Assembly (NCBI RefSeq): GCF_006345805.1
Contig: NW_021827411.1
Coordinates: forward strand, 1 to 10,623
Length of the DNA stretch: 10,623 bases
Reading direction: 5' to 3'
Source: Octopus sinensis
Taxonomy: Eukaryota
In this document: in pieces, positions 7,826-10,623 of the stretch
How the letters are laid out: every line of letters starts with the position of its first letter
Position numbering within the stretch: position 1 is the stretch's first letter
The notes under the pieces: model-generated
What the model was told of the DNA's origin: nothing
What the model saw: only the letters and a program-made list of their open reading frames with translations
The model's database searches: none
Position numbers and translations under genes: made by a program

Positions 7826-8087
7826 ACCATGTGGCTTTGTGGTTAGACTATTCAATTCACAATCGTAAGGTCATGAGTTCAATTCCTGGCAGCGTGTATT
7901 GTCCTTTGGCAAGACACTTTATTTCACATTGCTCCAGTTCACTCACCTGGCAGAAATGAGCAGTATCTGTAAATCAAAAGGGACCAGCCTTGTCACAGGG
8001 TACACGTGTCTGTGGAGTACTCACCCACTTGCACACTAATATCATGAGCAGGTTGTTCTGTTGATTGGATCAACTGGAACCCTCATC
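7826..8087 (+). mobile_element. Decayed tRNA-derived SINE (family 'Z') with a CORE-like central block
   Basis: A box TGGCTTTGTGG (7832), B box GAGTTCAATTCC (7875), then tgtcctttggcaagacactttatttcacattgctccagttcactca. The CORE assignment is from recalled similarity only. Confidence 0.75.
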
Positions 8088-8165
8088 CTTGAGCAAGACT
8101 CTTTATTTCACTTTGCTCCAGTCCACTCATCTGACAAACGTGACGTGTACCTGAATCTCAATGGG
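8086..8165 (+). mobile_element. Second, truncated copy of the family 'Z' central block
   Basis: tccttgagcaagactctttatttcactttgctccagtccactcatctg is a direct repeat of ~7901-7950. Confidence 0.75.
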
Positions 8166-8170
8166 TCAAC

Positions 8171-8348
8171 TTTATTCTGGTTGACCCCTAAAAGCCATTC
8201 CATGTTTAAGAACTAGTTTTATAGAAACTTCTTTTAAAAATCCTATTTTGTTTCTCACACATTAACTTGTGTAGGTTGAACAATGGAAAATATTAGAGAA
8301 AGAATCCCAGCTGTTTCTTGCAATACATACCAACATGTACATCTAAAG
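8171..8348 (+). mobile_element. Internal fragment of an older copy of the adjacent MITE
   Basis: Imperfect direct repeat of 8392-8568 (tttattctgg...aactagtttta.agaaacttcttttaaaa...aggttgaacaatg.aaaat...tacatctaaagc). Confidence 0.85.
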
Positions 8349-8692
8349 CAGGGGTTCTCAACTATTTATCTATAAACCCCTTCGATTACTGTTTTATTCT
8401 GGTGGATCCCCATAGCCACTCAATGTTTAAAAACTAGTTTTACAGAAACTTCTTTTAAAATTCCTGTTTTGTTTTCCACCCATTAACTTTAGGAGGTTGA
8501 ACAATGAAAAATGTCAAGAGAAAGAAACCCAACGGTTTCTTGTAATAAAGACCAATACATCTAAAGCTAAAATTTTTCAAAAGCCCATAAAATACTATTT
8601 TGGATCCCGAATTTACTATTTTACTATTTGGACCCCCCAAGAATCTTATATGGACCCTCAAGGGCCTTATGGCCATCAGTCAAAAACCCCTG
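8349..8692 (+). mobile_element. hAT-type MITE, 344 bp
   Basis: TIRs CAGGGGTTCTCAAC (8349) and GTCAAAAACCCCTG (8692). The flanks ATCTAAAG and TTTTAGAT both fit NNNTANNN but are not identical. Confidence 0.8.
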
Positions 8693-8839
8693 TTTTAGAT
8701 TTATCAGTGATGTGGAGAGCAGAGACATGCTGCATGGGCAACAACCCTAACCCCACCCTACTGTCTAGGCTTGAACCCAATTGAATACCCTCTACTGGAT
8801 AGGACACTCCAGCCTTGCCTATGGCTTTGAAACAATGCA

Positions 8840-9240
8840 GGAAACAGCAGTTACTGGTTAGGAAGGAATTTCAACCGTGTTTCGTGGTCTGCTACCACAA
8901 CAGCTCCTTTATAGGATCCAGTTAGCTCAAGACATCATCAGGAGGAACCATGTCCGGTTTTGGCCTCTACTCCTCTAGCGTTTTGATGTGGCGGGGTCCC
9001 CCCTTTCGGAGGTATCTTCAGCTCTGGTGTTGGGTGCACATCTTTCTTCTTCTTTCTTCTGTTCCCTGGCCTCTTCGATGTATCGTCAGCGAGTGTCAGC
9101 TGGTGACTGACTTGTCAAATTTTTCCCTTTAAATACCTGCCGCTAGGCTCCAGTAGGCAGCCCCAGCAAGTTGTCTCGTGACATTGTCTCACCTTAACTG
9201 GACTAGTGAAGGTGTGTAGTTTTAGCCCGTGCATTCTCTA
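8840..9240 (-). mobile_element. Possible Penelope-like / retrozyme-type terminal repeat remnant with hammerhead-like motifs
   Basis: A GC-richer block. The minus strand carries GGTATTTAAA (TATA-like), then CTGACGA (9089-9083), CTGAAGA (9021-9015) and CTGATGA (8941-8935), with CGAAAC at 8884-8879. The element class is inferred; no ORF supports it. Confidence 0.4.
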
Positions 9241-9381
9241 AACGACCCTCACCTGTCAGTCAGTGACGTGGATTCAGTGTCAGATTATCGCTACCATTCA
9301 AAGAGCAGACTTAAAGTATAGATTATGTAAATGGCAGAGACTGCCATTCCCACAATGGATTACTTGGCCACAGACAATGCT

Positions 9382-9429
9382 GTGGACAACCAGGGTGGAC
9401 AACCAGGGTGGACAACCAGGACAACCAGG
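9382..9429. repeat. 13-bp minisatellite (GTGGACAACCAGG)x3 plus a partial ACAACCAGG
   Basis: Seen directly. Confidence 0.95.
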
Positions 9430-9769
9430 ACCCTTATCCATGATCATTGTCCCTTTAACATTTAAACAGGCCCTTATCAGGCCCAAATATTTTAACTGTT
9501 TGATGCTTAAACCAACCAGATCCTTGCTCTCACTCATAACTTACATTGAAATGTAAAGTCATCTTATTGAAGTATCAAATCTATGAGATAAAGGCGGATT
9601 AATTCAAAGCAAGGGGATTAAATAAGGATTAGATTTGGCAGAGTAATCTGAATGCTGAAAGGTTAACAAAAGAAATGGGCCAAAACGCAGTCGTTTGCAA
9701 ATGAAGAACTGAGTGTGGTGTTTAGAAATATAACAGGAAAGACCCAAGCCCATATCTATGCTTACCGAC

Positions 9770-9940
9770 ATGCACACACACATGCACACACTCACACATA
9801 CACACACATTTATCTATATGTATGAATATATGTACACACACACACGCACACACATATCCAGAATCTGTACATCACTTCTAATAATCTACACACACACACA
9901 CACTCACATGCACATGTACACACACACACAAACACACAGA
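9770..9940. repeat. Degenerate (CA)n-rich tract just downstream of the 141-nt exon donor
   Basis: Seen directly. Confidence 0.85.
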
Positions 9941-9985
9941 TTCTTCACAGTAGAGTTAGAAATATAGCAACTACCCGAAAACTAC

Positions 9986-10126
9986 CTTCTCTGAAGACGG
10001 TCGTTCCATTCCAAGCAGGCATGTCCGTGAGGTCAAATTGGGACAACGTCATTCCAGCGTTTACATCGACAGCTCTCTCGGCACCAAATCTCCATTTGTA
10101 GAGGACTTCATTTTCCGTGTAACCAA
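9986..10126 (-). CDS. Grd: Internal coding exon (141 nt, phase 1 to 1) of the same channel subunit; loop B to loop C region of the extracellular domain
   Basis: Missing from the ORF track; found by hand. Minus strand ttgtcttcttccAG|tt ggt tac acg ... ttc aga gaa g|GTAGTT translates as (F)GYTENEVLYKWRFGAERAVDVNAGMTLSQFDLTDMPAWNGTTVFRE. It carries the typical (F/Y)GY...Y.W and LSQFDL motifs and an NGT sequon, and is in frame with both neighbouring exons. The upstream intron 10127-10269 is 143 nt. Confidence 0.93.
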
Positions 10127-10269
10127 CTGGAAGAAGACAAAATCGTGATTTTGGTCAGCCAAGAACAAAAGTGGTTCCTTCCCAGCTGATGATGACAAGA
10201 ATGGTAAATGGCAAAGACAAGGTGTGTAGGAATATGGAAATATTGAATGGAGTGGAATGTTGTACTTAC

Positions 10270-10352
10270 AACTGATGAGATGGAGTGGACATTGCTGCAT
10301 GTCCATTGGGAATTTCTGAAGTTGCATCAGGCATCTTGCTTTTATGGTCAGT
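10270..10352 (-). CDS. Grd: Internal coding exon (83 nt, phase 2 to 1) of a GABA-A/Grd-like Cys-loop ligand-gated ion channel subunit; encodes the Cys-loop
   Basis: Minus strand tttattgcAG|a ctg acc ata aaa gca aga tgc ... tgt cca ctc cat ctc atc agt t|GTAAGT translates as (R)LTIKARCLMQLQKFPMDMQQCPLHLIS. It has C-x13-C with the FPMD signature. The 83-nt length matches the homologous exon of vertebrate GABA-A genes as I recall it. The symbol denotes Grd-like; orthology is not tested. Confidence 0.95.
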
Positions 10353-10399
10353 CTGCAATAAAGAGGACACATCAGAAGATCTTTTATTTGTTTCGGTCA

Positions 10400-10575
10400 T
10401 TAGACTGGCCATACTGGAGCACCACCTTGAAGAATTTCTTTAGTTGAATGAATTCACCCCCAGTTCTTTTATTTTTTTTTTATTCAAGCCTGGTATTTAT
10501 TCTATTGGTCTCTTCTTGATGAACTGCTATGTTATGGGGATGTAAACGACCAGTTGTCAGGCAGTGGTGGGGGGA
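10400..10575 (-). mobile_element. Decayed 3' part of a SINE family 'X' copy
   Basis: actggccatactggagcaccacct and tctattggtctcttc...gaactgcta.gttatggggatgtaaac match 1946-2070. Confidence 0.7.
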
Positions 10576-10623
10576 TAGCTAGTAAAGTTCCATTCTGGTG
10601 TTGTACTGAGGCAAGGCATGATG

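Larger units (their letters stand above)
910..9985 (-). other. 9,076-nt GT-AG intron of the channel gene, filled with transposon remnants and microsatellites
   Basis: GT at 9985-9984 and AG at 911-910 on the minus strand. Joining G+CT gives Ala and keeps the reading frame. Confidence 0.88.

Noticed and set aside
7826-7890. tRNA gene (also the heads at 2240-2297 and 7455-7532)
   Set aside because: A/B boxes are followed by SINE bodies and no complete cloverleaf is evident.
8455-8784. ORFs 8455-8676 and 8497-8784
   Set aside because: They lie within an AT-rich non-coding MITE and have no transposase motifs.
9364-9379. Possible micro-exon (ccacAG|16 nt|GTAATC, minus strand) at the position where insect Grd has an insertion
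   Set aside because: 16 nt would shift the frame and the polypyrimidine tract is weak. No frame-preserving extra exon was found by eye, although one cannot be excluded without RNA data.
9382-9429. CRISPR-like array
   Set aside because: Contiguous 13-bp units with no spacers, in a eukaryotic intron.
10061-10372. 103-aa ORF as a continuous CDS
   Set aside because: Only 10270-10352 is coding in that frame; the rest is intron or the next exon read out of frame.

Overview
Eukaryotic (animal) genomic DNA, very rich in microsatellites and SINEs. The repeat landscape resembles what I recall of Octopus/cephalopod genomes; this is an inference, not a search result. The window covers three internal coding exons, on the minus strand, of a Cys-loop ligand-gated ion channel of the GABA-A / Drosophila Grd ('GABA receptor alpha-like') type: 10352-10270 (83 nt, Cys-loop), 10126-9986 (141 nt) and 909-757 (153 nt, pre-M1, M1 and start of M2). 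Spliced, they read in one open frame: RLTIKARCLMQLQKFPMDMQQCPLHLIS-FGYTENEVLYKWRFGAERAVDVNAGMTLSQFDLTDMPAWNGTTVFRE-ALHSMLSVNFHLKRHMGFFLLQVYVPCTLLVVVSWVSFWIHREATSDRIALG. The M2 entry is SDR rather than the anion-channel PAR. The 9,076-nt intron (910-9985) holds two decayed Helitron RepHel remnants. One has two large internal deletions and a (TA)n inside helicase motif II. The other is split by a SINE with a 9-bp TSD and is itself flanked by a 17-bp direct repeat. The intron also contains hAT/Buster-type MITEs, several tRNA-derived SINEs (including nested inverted pairs), a ~1-kb (TATG)n array, and a GC-richer segment with three hammerhead-like CUGANGA motifs in the pre-mRNA sense. Most ORFs in the supplied track are low-complexity or antisense artefacts.
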